The translations under genes were made by a program, and so were the position numbers. From assembly GCA_963727625.1 (NCBI GenBank), contig CAVSHR010000005.1, positions 32,001 to 96,000 of the forward strand: DNA of 64,000 bases, read 5' to 3'. This document shows positions 38,969-49,425 of the stretch, in pieces (position 1 is the stretch's first letter; each line of letters begins with the position of its first letter). Under the pieces are notes generated by a model. That model was given only the letters and a program-made list of their open reading frames with translations, was not told the origin of the DNA and did not search any database. The DNA is from an uncultured delta proteobacterium. GTDB taxonomy: Bacteria > Desulfobacterota > Binatia > UBA9968.

Positions 38969-39985
38969 TCATCCCCTATCCTTTACCCCTCGTCCTTTTC
39001 CATTAAACGCATCCTTCACGAACAAGCTCTCCAAGGGGAGCTCTTGCTTCACCAAGCCTTGCTCGATCTGGTAACGATTGAGCGCTCGGATGCTTTTCTT
39101 TGCCGACTCGGTAAGCGCGCAGGCATAGGGGTCGTAACCCAGCAAATCGCGCTCCTTGGCGTAGCCGTCCGCCTGCGCCGGAGTAAAATATTTGACGGCC
39201 AGTTTATTGGCTTCATCGAAAGCTTCGATCAATTTCGCCGGGAGATCCGGATATCTCTCGGCAGTTTCCTCTTTCATCGTGACGATATGAATGATCGGAT
39301 AAATCTGGGTTCGCTTGACGTAATCGATGATTTCGTCGGTATCCTCGAACAGCGGCTTCACCCCAGGAAACTGACCCATCACGCCGGGCAGCACCCCGCC
39401 GCCGAACAAGGCGGGATATCCTGAGTCGCCCGCGACCAATGCCGCGCCGAGCTTTCCTTCACTGACGAGTTTGGCCAGGTAAGGCTTTTCCTGGCCGAAG
39501 GGCGGCGGCCGATCGAGCCTTTCGACTTTCACCGGCAGCTCATCGGCGATGTAAACCTCTTGCCCGGATACGTACCAACCCACGTCCGTCGTATTGATCC
39601 CATGTTCATCCAATAGATAACCGCGCGCCCAGGACACCGCGGTGGCACCGTAACGAAAACAGCCGATCTGTTTACCTTTAAGGTCCCTCGGATGTTTCAG
39701 TTTGCCTTCACAGTAAAAAATATTTCTCTGCCGCGGTCCGCGCTGGAAAAACACCGGCAGGGCGAGAAAGCGCTTGCCCTTCTCCTTGGCCCGCATCAAC
39801 GTCGCCGTCGACATCTCGGCGACATCGAACTCGCCCTGAACGAAGCGATAATGCATCTCGCCCGGCGAATACTTATCGCCGACGTATTCGAAATCGTAAC
39901 CGTCGAGCTGCAGCGATCCGTCCATCAAGGCTTTATTGCGAGGGTTGGGATTGGTGCTGAAAGTGATCTTGGGTTTAGCGGCCAT
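38969..39985 (-). CDS. 4,5-dihydroxyphthalate decarboxylase (PhtD)-like / type II periplasmic-binding-fold protein
   Basis: AL.DG, FDVAEMS, ALPVF, DLKGK, A..W.RG.L..EHG, IYPI.H, DP, EQGL. Confidence 0.75.
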   Translation of the reverse strand: MAAKPKITFSTNPNPRNKALMDGSLQLDGYDFEYVGDKYSPGEMHYRFVQGEFDVAEMSTATLMRAKEKGKRFLALPVFFQRGPRQRNIFYCEGKLKHPRDLKGKQIGCFRYGATAVSWARGYLLDEHGINTTDVGWYVSGQEVYIADELPVKVERLDRPPPFGQEKPYLAKLVSEGKLGAALVAGDSGYPALFGGGVLPGVMGQFPGVKPLFEDTDEIIDYVKRTQIYPIIHIVTMKEETAERYPDLPAKLIEAFDEANKLAVKYFTPAQADGYAKERDLLGYDPYACALTESAKKSIRALNRYQIEQGLVKQELPLESLFVKDAFNGKGRGVKDRG

Positions 39986-40030
39986 ACGCAACCTCCGATT
40001 CCGATCTGAATGATGTGGCAAACATTGATT

Positions 40031-40741
40031 TCAAACCGCTAAATGTTCCTTGAGAAACTCCATGCCCCGCTGCCACGACACGCGGTCGGACTCCGCCGCA
40101 TATCTGTCCGGATGATGCGGATCCATGAAGGAGTGTCCCGTATTTTTGTACACGTAGAAATCATGGGCTTTACCGTGCTTCGTCAGCTCGGCATCGAGTT
40201 TTGCCATATCCTCCAAGGACGGGTTCTGATCGGTATCGCCGAAGTGGCCTTGAATCGGGCAGCTGATCCGCGCCGTGCGCTCGAAGGGCGTCGGTCCGTC
40301 GCCCCATCGACGAAAACAACTGCCACCGTACCAGGTGATCGCCGCTTTAAAATCTTTGCTTGCGGCGGCCATCAAGTAGGCGACCCGCCCGCCCATGCAG
40401 AAACCGAGAATGCCGACGCGCCTGCCGTCAGCAAATTTGCTGGCGTTGACGCAAGTGATCGTCGCGCCGATATCTTTGATGATGTTCGCATCGCGCGCCC
40501 GCCCCCGGCGCGTCGGCCCGTCATCTTTACAATCCGGCCCGTCGCGATGGTAAAGATCGGGGCACACCGCCAAGTATCCCTCCGCCGCGGCGCGCGCGGT
40601 CATCTCTTCCATGAAACGATCGACGCCGAATTGGTGCTGGACCACGACGACGGCCGGCAGCGGTTTGTCGCTATCCGGCCGGCTGATCACCAAATTCATC
40701 GGGCTGTCGTCGACGATAATTTGCTCGCGATGCGTTTGCAT
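40031..40741 (-). CDS. Dienelactone hydrolase family protein
   Basis: P.VVV, A.EGY..V.PDLY, GFCMGG, G..D, Y...GHSF. Confidence 0.92.
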   Translation of the reverse strand: MQTHREQIIVDDSPMNLVISRPDSDKPLPAVVVVQHQFGVDRFMEEMTARAAAEGYLAVCPDLYHRDGPDCKDDGPTRRGRARDANIIKDIGATITCVNASKFADGRRVGILGFCMGGRVAYLMAAASKDFKAAITWYGGSCFRRWGDGPTPFERTARISCPIQGHFGDTDQNPSLEDMAKLDAELTKHGKAHDFYVYKNTGHSFMDPHHPDRYAAESDRVSWQRGMEFLKEHLAV

Positions 40742-40881
40742 GGTGTCCTCATTCATCGAAGTAACTATTGCCGTTTATCTCCGCCCGTCTCTCATTGCAA
40801 CTCTCGCTCCAACGACAGACTTCCCTCTCGATCAGTGTCCGGCTCCGTTGACGCCTTGAACTTTTTGAACCTTGGCGAGTG

Positions 40882-42666
40882 TTAGAACCTCCGTTGCGCA
40901 AAACTCATCTCTTCCACCAGCGTCGGCAAGTACGCCGCGACCAACGCCGGCGTGCCCTTGCGCACCTGTTCCAGGCCGCGCTTGAGCGCCGGGGCGACTT
41001 CCTCCGGCTCGCGCACGGTTTCACCGTAGCAATTGGCCGCCTCGGCAAGTTTGGCGAAATCCGGCGGTGGATCGAATAGACCGCCTTCGTAGTTTTCCGT
41101 GCGCACGGCGACACCGTTGGGATAACTGCGTTTGAGCCCATTGGTGCCGGTGGTATAGGAACGATTGACGAAGACCACGGTCAGGAACGGTGCTTTGTAA
41201 TGCGCCGCCGACCACAGGGCCGGCATCGGCGTGCCAAACATAAAATAGCCGTCGCCAGTGGCAAGAACGACGTCGCGGTCGGGCGCGGCTAATTTGGCGC
41301 CGAACGCCGCGCCCGCGCCCCAACCACCCGACGAGCCGCCGCTAGCAAAATAAGTTCCGGCCTCCGATCGACCGTGATGGGCGCAGACATAGTCCGAGTT
41401 GCTGATGGCGTCGTCGAGAACAATGGCATTGGGCTCGAGAATTTTTCCGAGCTGATAGCCGACCCAGCGCGGATGCATGGGCTGGCGTCGCCCGGACTCC
41501 TGCCCCAGCCGTTCGTTCTCGGCGACGAACTCTCGCTTGCGCGCTTCGAGGCGCTCGCGCCGCTCGGCGATCCGGCTCAAGTCGCTCTTGGACAAAAGCT
41601 CAGTCGCCGCGTCATAAATTGCCCGCGCCGCGCCGGCCACGGTCACAGGGAGCCAGAGATCGGCTTGGAACTCCATCGTTTTGTAGTTGGACAGCACCGG
41701 ATCGCTATCGACCCAGATCACTTTGCTCCCAGCCTTCGGCGCCGCTGCCGGCGTGATGTACGGCACCAACGGCTCAAGCATGAGCAAGGCATCGGCGTCT
41801 TTGGGTTCCGGCCCGGTGCCGTAAAGCGCATGGGTCGTCGGAAAATTTAGCCGGTCCAAGCGGTCCATGTCGAGCACCGGCAGCGCGAGCAATTCGGCGA
41901 GCCGAACGACTTCGGCGACTGCTCCGGGGTTGCGTCCCGCCGTCGCCGAACAAATACACGGATTGCGCGCTTCGATGAGCCACTGGGCAGCGCGCCGCGC
42001 GTCGGCGGGATCGGGCCAAGCCGGCCGCGCGATACCGAGGTCATCGCGAGTCGGAAAATGAGTTTTACCCGGCAACTTCAACATCGCCGTTTCACGAGGC
42101 ACGGTAAGATAGGCCGGGCCTTTGGGTTCGCTCATAGCGATTTGCAACAGCCGGCTGATCATCAAGCCGGGGTTGTCCTGGTGCTCGAGGCGATGGTCGA
42201 CTTTGGTGTATTGCCGGACGATACCGCCCTGATCGCGCGGCTCCTGCACCCACTGCACCGGACTGTTGCGCGCGCCGGTCATGGAGCCGGGATAGGCGCG
42301 CGGCCCGGTACCGGCGGTGATCAGCACCGGATAGTTGCCGCGCCAGGCAGTGTGAATCGCGCCGCCGTAATTCAATGTCCCCACGTCGACGTGCACTGCC
42401 GTGGCCGCCGGTTGATTGCGCACCATCGCCGTGCCCAGCGCCGCGTTGAGCGCGACGGCCTCGTGGGTGACAGTAACAAGCTTCGGCGCCGGCCAGCCGC
42501 GCTCGTTCGCCTTGGCGATGCTCTCCTGCCAAAAAGCGATTTCCGAGCCGGATACGAAAAACAAATGATCGATGCCGCCGAGCTTCATCGACTGCACCAA
42601 GGCATCCGACCATTCGTCACCCGGATATTCTTTCCAGCGGGCATCGTGTGAAATCGTATCAGTCAT
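40882..42666 (-). CDS. Thiamine diphosphate-dependent enzyme
   Basis: HE, HVDVGT.N, P.GP.YL, GDG.F.F...N ThDP motif. Confidence 0.9.
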   Translation of the reverse strand: MTDTISHDARWKEYPGDEWSDALVQSMKLGGIDHLFFVSGSEIAFWQESIAKANERGWPAPKLVTVTHEAVALNAALGTAMVRNQPAATAVHVDVGTLNYGGAIHTAWRGNYPVLITAGTGPRAYPGSMTGARNSPVQWVQEPRDQGGIVRQYTKVDHRLEHQDNPGLMISRLLQIAMSEPKGPAYLTVPRETAMLKLPGKTHFPTRDDLGIARPAWPDPADARRAAQWLIEARNPCICSATAGRNPGAVAEVVRLAELLALPVLDMDRLDRLNFPTTHALYGTGPEPKDADALLMLEPLVPYITPAAAPKAGSKVIWVDSDPVLSNYKTMEFQADLWLPVTVAGAARAIYDAATELLSKSDLSRIAERRERLEARKREFVAENERLGQESGRRQPMHPRWVGYQLGKILEPNAIVLDDAISNSDYVCAHHGRSEAGTYFASGGSSGGWGAGAAFGAKLAAPDRDVVLATGDGYFMFGTPMPALWSAAHYKAPFLTVVFVNRSYTTGTNGLKRSYPNGVAVRTENYEGGLFDPPPDFAKLAEAANCYGETVREPEEVAPALKRGLEQVRKGTPALVAAYLPTLVEEMSFAQRRF

Positions 42667-42835
42667 GATTAGAAACTCCGTTCAAAAAGGATAAAGGCAA
42701 AAGGATGAAGAATAAAATTCAAGTCGGCTATTATCTCTGCTCTGGCTATTTTCCACCCTTTATTCCCTTCACGTTTTCGTGGTTAATTCTTCTCGCCCAT
42801 CACTCCACCACTCCATTACTCCCTCTTCTATCCCT

Positions 42836-44587
42836 CTACGCCAGCGGATTCTTACAAATCACATTGAGCAGTGCCTGCCGGCGCTCTTCCTTGACAACCT
42901 TCAACGCCTTGGCCAGTGCGTCGGGCAATTCACCCGGATCCTCGACGCGCGCGGCGTATGCGCCGCAGGCCTGCGCCGTGAGCTCGAAGTTGGGTGACGG
43001 GCTCAAGTCGGTGCCGGGGAAATTGCGAGTTCGCGCGGCCACGCCTTCCGGGTACAGTCCGCGCGCTGCGTTGAGACTCGCGTTCCACACCTGGTTGTTA
43101 TAGATCACGGTCAAAAACGGAATCCGGTATTTCTGCGCCGTGAAATGGCATGCAGTGGGCGCGCAGAACATATACGAGCCGTCGCCCTCGGCGGCGATCA
43201 CCGTCGCGTCCGGCGCGCCAAGCTTCATGCCGATGGCCGCGCCGAGTCCCCAACCGAGATGGCCGGCCAGCGGCGTATTGAACATCGAGCCCGGGCGGTT
43301 CAAATGGATGCACTCCGCGAGCTTTGAGGTAATCGTCTCATTGGCGATGATGGTCTTATCGTCCATGGCGTCGCCAATGCATTTCGACAGCCACATCGGG
43401 TGGATTGGTTTCTGGCTCTTCACCGCTTCGATGCTCGCGTCCATCTCGCGAATCATCTCATCGTGCTCCGCCTCGGTCTTCCGGCGCCGCTCGTCGAGCT
43501 TGGTCTTGACCACCGCACCCTCCGCCAGTTTAGCTTTGATCATCGAAATCAGTACCGGTAGCGAGACTTCGGAGCAACCTGTTACCGGCAAGTCCGCGGG
43601 GAAGCCCCAACCCGGAATTGCCGTGAACATCGGGTCGCGCTCCAGGTGAATGATTTTTACGCCATCGCGTAAAATGTTTTTATGGGGCGGCTCCCAGGGC
43701 ACGTCGGTATCGATGAAAAAAAGCAGATCGGCGTTGCGCAAGTACTGGGTCGTCTGGGTGCCGAGATTGAGCGGGTGATCGGTCGGAAAGTTGACGTAAC
43801 TCAGCTGCTGCACGACCGGAATTGCCAGGAGTTCGGCAAGCTCGACGAGAAATTGCACCGCTTCGGGATTGCGGCCGAGATATTTCGTGACGATCAGCGG
43901 GCTGTCCGACGCGATCAGCCAGTCGGCGGCTTTTTCCAGAGACCCCTGGTCCGGCTGCATCTTGCTCCCCGGCGACAACGACTCGGGCGATAGCAATTGG
44001 GTCGACTCCATCGCTTGGAAGAGCCACTCGCGCGGCAAGGTCATGTAAACCGGGCCGCGCGGTTCGCTCATGGCGATTTTATACGCGCGCGACACCACCG
44101 CGGCGAGGTTTTGATTGGTCCGCACTTCGTAATCCCATTTAACGAATTCGCGAACGACGTTGCCCTGATCGCGCGACTCCTGACGCCAGTGAATGTTTTG
44201 GCTCTTGCCGCCGCGCAGTTCGCCCTCGGTAATCGGCGTCCGGCCGGCCACTAGAAACAGCGGCACGTTGCACGACGCGGCGTTAATGACGCCGCCGAGC
44301 GCGTTGGCCGTGCCCGGCAGCGTATGCACTAAAACCATTTGCGGCTTTTGCGTCACGTTGTAGTAACCATGGGCCATCGACACCGCCGCCTGCTCGTGCG
44401 GCACGACAATGGGCTGGATGTCACGCGGGTCTTCCTTGGCGGTCTTCGCCATCGCTTCGATCAGCGGTCCATGGTCGGTGCCCGTGTTGGCGAACATGTA
44501 GCGCACCGAGCCAAGCGCTTTCATTTGCTCCAGAAAAGCCTCGGCGCCGCTCGAGACTGGAATGGTCTTCAGGAGTTTTTCCGCCAT
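42836..44587 (-). CDS. Thiamine diphosphate-dependent enzyme
   Basis: N.GTD, PHE, H...GTAN, EPRGPVY, GDGSYMF...NN. Confidence 0.9.
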   Translation of the reverse strand: MAEKLLKTIPVSSGAEAFLEQMKALGSVRYMFANTGTDHGPLIEAMAKTAKEDPRDIQPIVVPHEQAAVSMAHGYYNVTQKPQMVLVHTLPGTANALGGVINAASCNVPLFLVAGRTPITEGELRGGKSQNIHWRQESRDQGNVVREFVKWDYEVRTNQNLAAVVSRAYKIAMSEPRGPVYMTLPREWLFQAMESTQLLSPESLSPGSKMQPDQGSLEKAADWLIASDSPLIVTKYLGRNPEAVQFLVELAELLAIPVVQQLSYVNFPTDHPLNLGTQTTQYLRNADLLFFIDTDVPWEPPHKNILRDGVKIIHLERDPMFTAIPGWGFPADLPVTGCSEVSLPVLISMIKAKLAEGAVVKTKLDERRRKTEAEHDEMIREMDASIEAVKSQKPIHPMWLSKCIGDAMDDKTIIANETITSKLAECIHLNRPGSMFNTPLAGHLGWGLGAAIGMKLGAPDATVIAAEGDGSYMFCAPTACHFTAQKYRIPFLTVIYNNQVWNASLNAARGLYPEGVAARTRNFPGTDLSPSPNFELTAQACGAYAARVEDPGELPDALAKALKVVKEERRQALLNVICKNPLA

Positions 44588-45047
44588 AGATATTCCTTTC
44601 TTGTCACTGAGGCGGGAACGCGCCCTTGTAAGTCGGCCCAACTCTGTCAAGAACGGGATAATTTTTCAACCAAAAATTAGGCTGTGTGCAAGTTCGATCA
44701 ATGAGCTCGACTAAGACCCAACCTATCCGCATCGCCTGTCGCCGCGACACCACTTCTGTCGACAGGAGGGCGGATTCTCCTCCGCCTCTTCCCCCTTCGA
44801 GGAGGAAAGACAATGGAGATGGAGGTGCGCCGCGCCGCGGCCGCTTGCCCCGGCCACCGAAATATTTTTGCAACATTCAATAACCGGCCGCACGCTTTCT
44901 ATTCCCGCAAACCCTCGTTGACTTTGCTCCACGCGTCCCGCAATCTGGTCCATCAGGATTTTTCGATTATGTGCACCGCCACCGCGACCGTCGCGTCGGC
45001 CGGGCTTCGGGATACCTGGATAAAAAAACCGACAGGAGAAATACACC

Positions 45048-46031
45048 GTGCGGCAAATCATGCTTATTCTCATCGCTATCTGCTATTTCCTAAGCAGCGC
45101 TCCTGCCCATAGTCAGGAGTTACGGAAAGTGCGCGTCGGCATTCCGACATTTTCATTGATCACCGCCGCCACCCTGGTTCCCCAGCAAAAGGGCTATTTC
45201 AAACAGGAAGGCCTCGATGTCGAAACCATCGTCATTCGCTCGGCGGCGTCGGTGCTCGCCCTCGCCGCTAAAGAAGTCGATTTCATCACTCTGGGCGGCG
45301 GCGGTCTGATCGGTGTCCTGCGCGGCCTGCCGCTTCGCGTCGTCTTCACTCCGGTGCGCCGGCCGCTTTACGCCCTCTACGTCAAGCCGAGTATCCGCTC
45401 CTTCGCCGATCTCGACGGAAAGCGCGTCGGCATCTCGAGCATCGGCAGCGGCCCGGATCTGTTACTGCGCGATCTCTTGAAAAAACGCATGGCCGACGGC
45501 GGCAAGAACGTCGCGATCCTCGCCGTCGGCGGCGGCAATGAACGCTTCGTCGCGCTCAAGACCGGCGTCGTCGACGCTGCAGTGCTCGCCAGTCCGTTTA
45601 CTATCACGGCTCAGCGCGACGGCTTTCGCGAGCTGTTCTCCTATATCACCGACAAGGAATATTCCGACATCCCGGTGGCGACGTTCACCCGCGAAGATCT
45701 GCTCCGGAGCAACGCCGCGCTGGTGGAAAAATTTGTCCGAGCGCAGCTGAAGGGGCTGCTCTATATGCGCGCCAACCGCGACGGCGCGGTCGCCACGCTG
45801 GCGAGGGGTCTGAAAATCAAAGAGAGCGAAGCCGGCGCGGGCTTCGACGAGATTCGTCCCGCCATGACCGAGGAGGGCATGATCAGCCAGGAAGAGCAGC
45901 GCAGTGTTCTGAGCTATTTGTTGACGCCAGCCCAGCGCAAGGAACCGCCCCGTCTCGATCGTATCTACGATTTTTCCTTAACCAAAAAAGTCTACCGGGA
46001 GCTTCAAGCGCGCGGCTGGAAACCGGAATGA
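45048..46031 (+). CDS. NitT/TauT-family ABC substrate-binding protein
   Basis: Signal peptide, GYFKQEGLDVE, DL.GK.VG.SSIGS, R..AL..G.VDA. Confidence 0.88.
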   Translation: MRQIMLILIAICYFLSSAPAHSQELRKVRVGIPTFSLITAATLVPQQKGYFKQEGLDVETIVIRSAASVLALAAKEVDFITLGGGGLIGVLRGLPLRVVFTPVRRPLYALYVKPSIRSFADLDGKRVGISSIGSGPDLLLRDLLKKRMADGGKNVAILAVGGGNERFVALKTGVVDAAVLASPFTITAQRDGFRELFSYITDKEYSDIPVATFTREDLLRSNAALVEKFVRAQLKGLLYMRANRDGAVATLARGLKIKESEAGAGFDEIRPAMTEEGMISQEEQRSVLSYLLTPAQRKEPPRLDRIYDFSLTKKVYRELQARGWKPE

Positions 46032-46194
46032 ATCCTGCTTCTAAAGAAAAACATCCCCCCATTTTCCGAACTTGACGTGCTTCGCGTCTTTGCGCGAGTC
46101 ATCTTTTGGCCGGTTCGCTAAACCGTACTTTAACCCGCATCGGTAAACACATTGCGAAGCAAACTGCGAAGAATGTGACTCGTAGGAATTAAAG

Positions 46195-46986
46195 ATGCTC
46201 ATCGACGCTCACGTACATCTGGACAAATACGGCGACCGACTCAACGACGCGCTGAGAGAAATTGAGAGCGAACAAATCTTCACCGTCGCCACGGCGATGG
46301 ACGTGCCATCCTATCGAGAGCTGCAAAAGATCGGCGAGCGTTCCGATCTGATTCTTCCGACGTTCGGAATTCATCCGCGCCGCGCCGCAGAATACGCCGA
46401 TCGACTGCCCGAGATCGGCCGGTACATCGAGACCAGCCCCGCCATCGGCGAGATCGGCCTCGATTTTCACTGGGTCAAAGATACCTCAACCTACCCGGCG
46501 CAAAGAAAGGTTCTCGAATATTTCATCGCCGCCGCCGCCGAGCAGAAGAAATTCGTCAACCTGCACACCAAGGCCGGAGAAAAGGAAATCTTGGATCTGC
46601 TCGAAAAGTACGGTGTGACGCGCGCGATCATCCATTGGTACTCGGGGCCGATGGATATCCTTCGCGCGATGATCGACTACGGCTGCTACTTCACCATCGG
46701 CGTCGAAGTGCTCTTCTCGGATTACATCAAAGCCATCGCAAAGACCGTCCCCGATCATCTGTTGTTGACCGAGACCGACAACCCCGGCGCGATCAGATGG
46801 TTGAAGAAAACTGATGAGATCGGCATGCCGACGGCGATAAAGAAAGTCCTAGAAGTGCTCACGGAGTTGAGGCAGGCAACACCGGAGAAAATTGAATCGT
46901 TGGTTCAGGAGAATTTCGCGCGGCTCATCGCCAACGATCCATGGTTTCGCGCGATTGGAAGCAGGTTCTTTCAGCAAACTTCTTAG
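46195..46986 (+). CDS. tatD: TatD family hydrolase
   Basis: IDAHVH, GIHP, IGEIGLD, LH, IHW, ETD. Confidence 0.88.
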   Translation: MLIDAHVHLDKYGDRLNDALREIESEQIFTVATAMDVPSYRELQKIGERSDLILPTFGIHPRRAAEYADRLPEIGRYIETSPAIGEIGLDFHWVKDTSTYPAQRKVLEYFIAAAAEQKKFVNLHTKAGEKEILDLLEKYGVTRAIIHWYSGPMDILRAMIDYGCYFTIGVEVLFSDYIKAIAKTVPDHLLLTETDNPGAIRWLKKTDEIGMPTAIKKVLEVLTELRQATPEKIESLVQENFARLIANDPWFRAIGSRFFQQTS

Positions 46987-47095
46987 ATATGAGCGTCGAC
47001 GCATGCAGACCTTGTTTTAGCGTAACTGAGTCGGTTAATCGGAACGCGAACGCATCAGAAGCGAATCGTTCTGCGTGAGTATTCCACTCAGAACG

Positions 47096-48892
47096 TCAAA
47101 ACCTTTGTTGATCGAGCAGCTTCATGAAATTCCGCTTCGCCTTGTGCTTCACTCGCAGTTGGGTTGCGTAAACCGTGAATTCACTCTCGCGCCCAAGCCG
47201 AACCATCAACTCCCGTACCTTTCGCAAAAAGTCCACAGCTTCTTTGTAGGCTTCGTTATTTTTCCGGCCGAGATCTGGCTCGATCTGACGTTGGTAAATT
47301 GGCAGCGCATCTTCGGGATGTTCCTTATCGCGTTTGGCGGCGAGTTCCAGCCACAGGCTGTTGGAGCAGCCGCCTGCTTGCGCCTCGCGCCACGCGGTTT
47401 CTATATCCCTTTCCCAGAGAAAGATCCGAACCAGCTCGGAATGGTCCGCCTCGCGGTAAACCGCCCAACGATTCATGCTCCGTTCGCTTCTCGATTTTGC
47501 GATTTGCAAACGCAAATATTCGACGGCTTTTTCCCGCCACAACTTCCATTCGCCGAGCCGTACAGCGTGAGCTTTCAGGTTCTGATACTCTCTCAACGTC
47601 GGTGATTCCGTGTATTCGGCCCATACCAATGCCATCGCCTCGGCATGGCGCTTGCGGCGGTGATACTGGTTCGCCAGGAACTCACGCAAACGTGAATCGG
47701 TCCGCTTGGGAAAAGCTTCGACTCCTCGCTCTGCCCATTGTAGAGCCTTATCGTGCTGACCGGCGCGCTTATACGTCTCAGCGATGTCGAGGTAGTTGTA
47801 AGCCAGGGAAAGATCGCGCTGCTTAACCGCAACCAGCGCCTCAACATCGCCCGACTGGCGGGCGAGCGATTCCATGATGTGCGTGATTCGAAACCGTTTC
47901 CCGTATTGCTCCGCATCGTCCCGACCGGGGCGACGAGCCGCCACCTTGGCCCACGCCGCCTCCGCCAACTGTCGATATACGGCGAGACCTTTTTCACCGA
48001 GAACACCCGCATATGTTTCGGCCGCACCGTAGAATGTATCGTAGTCCGTCCGTCGCTCCCACGCGAAGAGTCTTTCGGCTAGCGATTCCGGATCGGGTTT
48101 CGCTTTCTTACATGCCTTTAGATGAAGCTCCTGAAGACGCTCCAGGATAGTGCTCATGTATCCGTCGGAATCGTCAATGGAACCCATGGCATTTTCGACG
48201 GCGTCTAAAGCGTATTCCGCCAAGTCGATCACGGCTACTGGACTCCCCTCCTTCAACAACTCCTCAATCGAATCGATCACTTCATCGATACCCTGAGTGT
48301 AACTGTACGCATCTCGATAGCTTACGAATCCGTCGGGCTCCACGGCTTCGTTGATGGCGCGCCGGTAGGAAGCAAGGTTGAGTCCCTTAGCGGTACTCTT
48401 CCCCGTCTTGAGAAACAGTCGCTGGTCGAGCCGCTCGTCTTGTGCCGCGTGATTGAGCAGCAGATCCACCAAAGCGTCCTTATCCTGGGTTTTGAGATAT
48501 GCGCGGACGTCCTCCTTGGTCACCACGTCACTCCGGTCGGTATTTGCTGACGGCAGCTTCCGGTAACTGCCTTCAAGCCAGGCCAGGGCTACCGCTACAC
48601 AGTGCTTGCAAAACTCACCGTCGGCACCGACCGGGCAGCTGCACGAATAATCCAAATCCTTGCCATCCATCCAAATCTTGACCCGGTATAAATACGTTCC
48701 CCGTACCGTCGCGGCGATCACACCGTTTTCTTCACTCAAACGTTTGACGCAATTGTTAACAAAGTAGTCGTCCCCTCGCTCGAAGGATCTTGCACCCGCC
48801 AAGCGGTGGAGATTGCGGCGGTCGAGGAGCGAGGCCAAAAGCGAAGATGCTTTCATAGACGTATCTCTACTAACCATCGTTTTCGGATTCAA
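47096..48892 (-). CDS. SWIM zinc-finger protein with helical/TPR-like C-terminus
   Basis: SFERG..Y, V.GT..Y.V, CSCP....FCKHCVA; C-terminal R..HK.KRNF. Confidence 0.85.
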   Translation of the reverse strand: MNPKTMVSRDTSMKASSLLASLLDRRNLHRLAGARSFERGDDYFVNNCVKRLSEENGVIAATVRGTYLYRVKIWMDGKDLDYSCSCPVGADGEFCKHCVAVALAWLEGSYRKLPSANTDRSDVVTKEDVRAYLKTQDKDALVDLLLNHAAQDERLDQRLFLKTGKSTAKGLNLASYRRAINEAVEPDGFVSYRDAYSYTQGIDEVIDSIEELLKEGSPVAVIDLAEYALDAVENAMGSIDDSDGYMSTILERLQELHLKACKKAKPDPESLAERLFAWERRTDYDTFYGAAETYAGVLGEKGLAVYRQLAEAAWAKVAARRPGRDDAEQYGKRFRITHIMESLARQSGDVEALVAVKQRDLSLAYNYLDIAETYKRAGQHDKALQWAERGVEAFPKRTDSRLREFLANQYHRRKRHAEAMALVWAEYTESPTLREYQNLKAHAVRLGEWKLWREKAVEYLRLQIAKSRSERSMNRWAVYREADHSELVRIFLWERDIETAWREAQAGGCSNSLWLELAAKRDKEHPEDALPIYQRQIEPDLGRKNNEAYKEAVDFLRKVRELMVRLGRESEFTVYATQLRVKHKAKRNFMKLLDQQRF

Positions 48893-48939
48893 TCGTTATC
48901 GTAATTCTCCTTCTCCCACGGGCAACGACTGCGATTTCT

Positions 48940-49340
48940 TCACCCGTACCTTTGCCACGCTTTCTCCCGCTCCGGAGTCAAACCCCGCGGATTCTCCCGG
49001 TCGACGGCCCATCGCGCCGGATTGGCCAGAATATATTGCCGGATGCGGTTGAAAGATTGTTCATCGCGGATTACGTGTTCGTAATAATTCCGTTGCCACG
49101 CGAAATTGGCATTCACGGTTTTACGGATCATTCGTGTCCACGCCGCCTTGTAGACGCGCACGATTTCTCCCAATGTAGGGGCGCGATTCATCGCGCCCAA
49201 ATTCTTGTTTGGTACCGCAGAGGGCGCAATGAATTGCGCCCCTACGGCGGGGATATCGACCGATGGTCATTGCCCATATATCACCGCAAACGACGATCAT
49301 CATGGATGGCGGTTCCCTGTAGGGACATGGTTCATCACGC
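48940..49340 (-). pseudogene. REP-associated tyrosine transposase (RAYT) remnant, 5'-truncated
   Basis: LGEIVR.YKA..T, WQRNYYEHVIR, IRQYI..NP.RW..D; HUH region degraded, N-terminus missing. Confidence 0.85.
49175..49245. repeat. Inverted pair of GTAG-type REP sequences
   Basis: GTAGGGGCGCGATTCATCGCGCCC (49175-49198) and GGGCGCAATGAATTGCGCCCCTAC (49222-49245). Confidence 0.9.
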
Positions 49341-49425
49341 CAACACCGAGGCGTAGCCTCGGCATGGCAAATCTCAAATTGTAGATTGCCGAGAAGCCTT
49401 AAACTCACATGCAGTGTCCGTTACA

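Noticed and set aside
44760-44830. Hairpin-rich stretch (GGAGGGCGGATTCTCCTCC...) as a TPP riboswitch upstream of the ThDP genes
   Set aside because: The TPP aptamer hallmarks (CUGAGA in its stem context, CUGAU..AAU..AGCG.AGGGA) were not found; more likely a degenerate REP-like palindrome.
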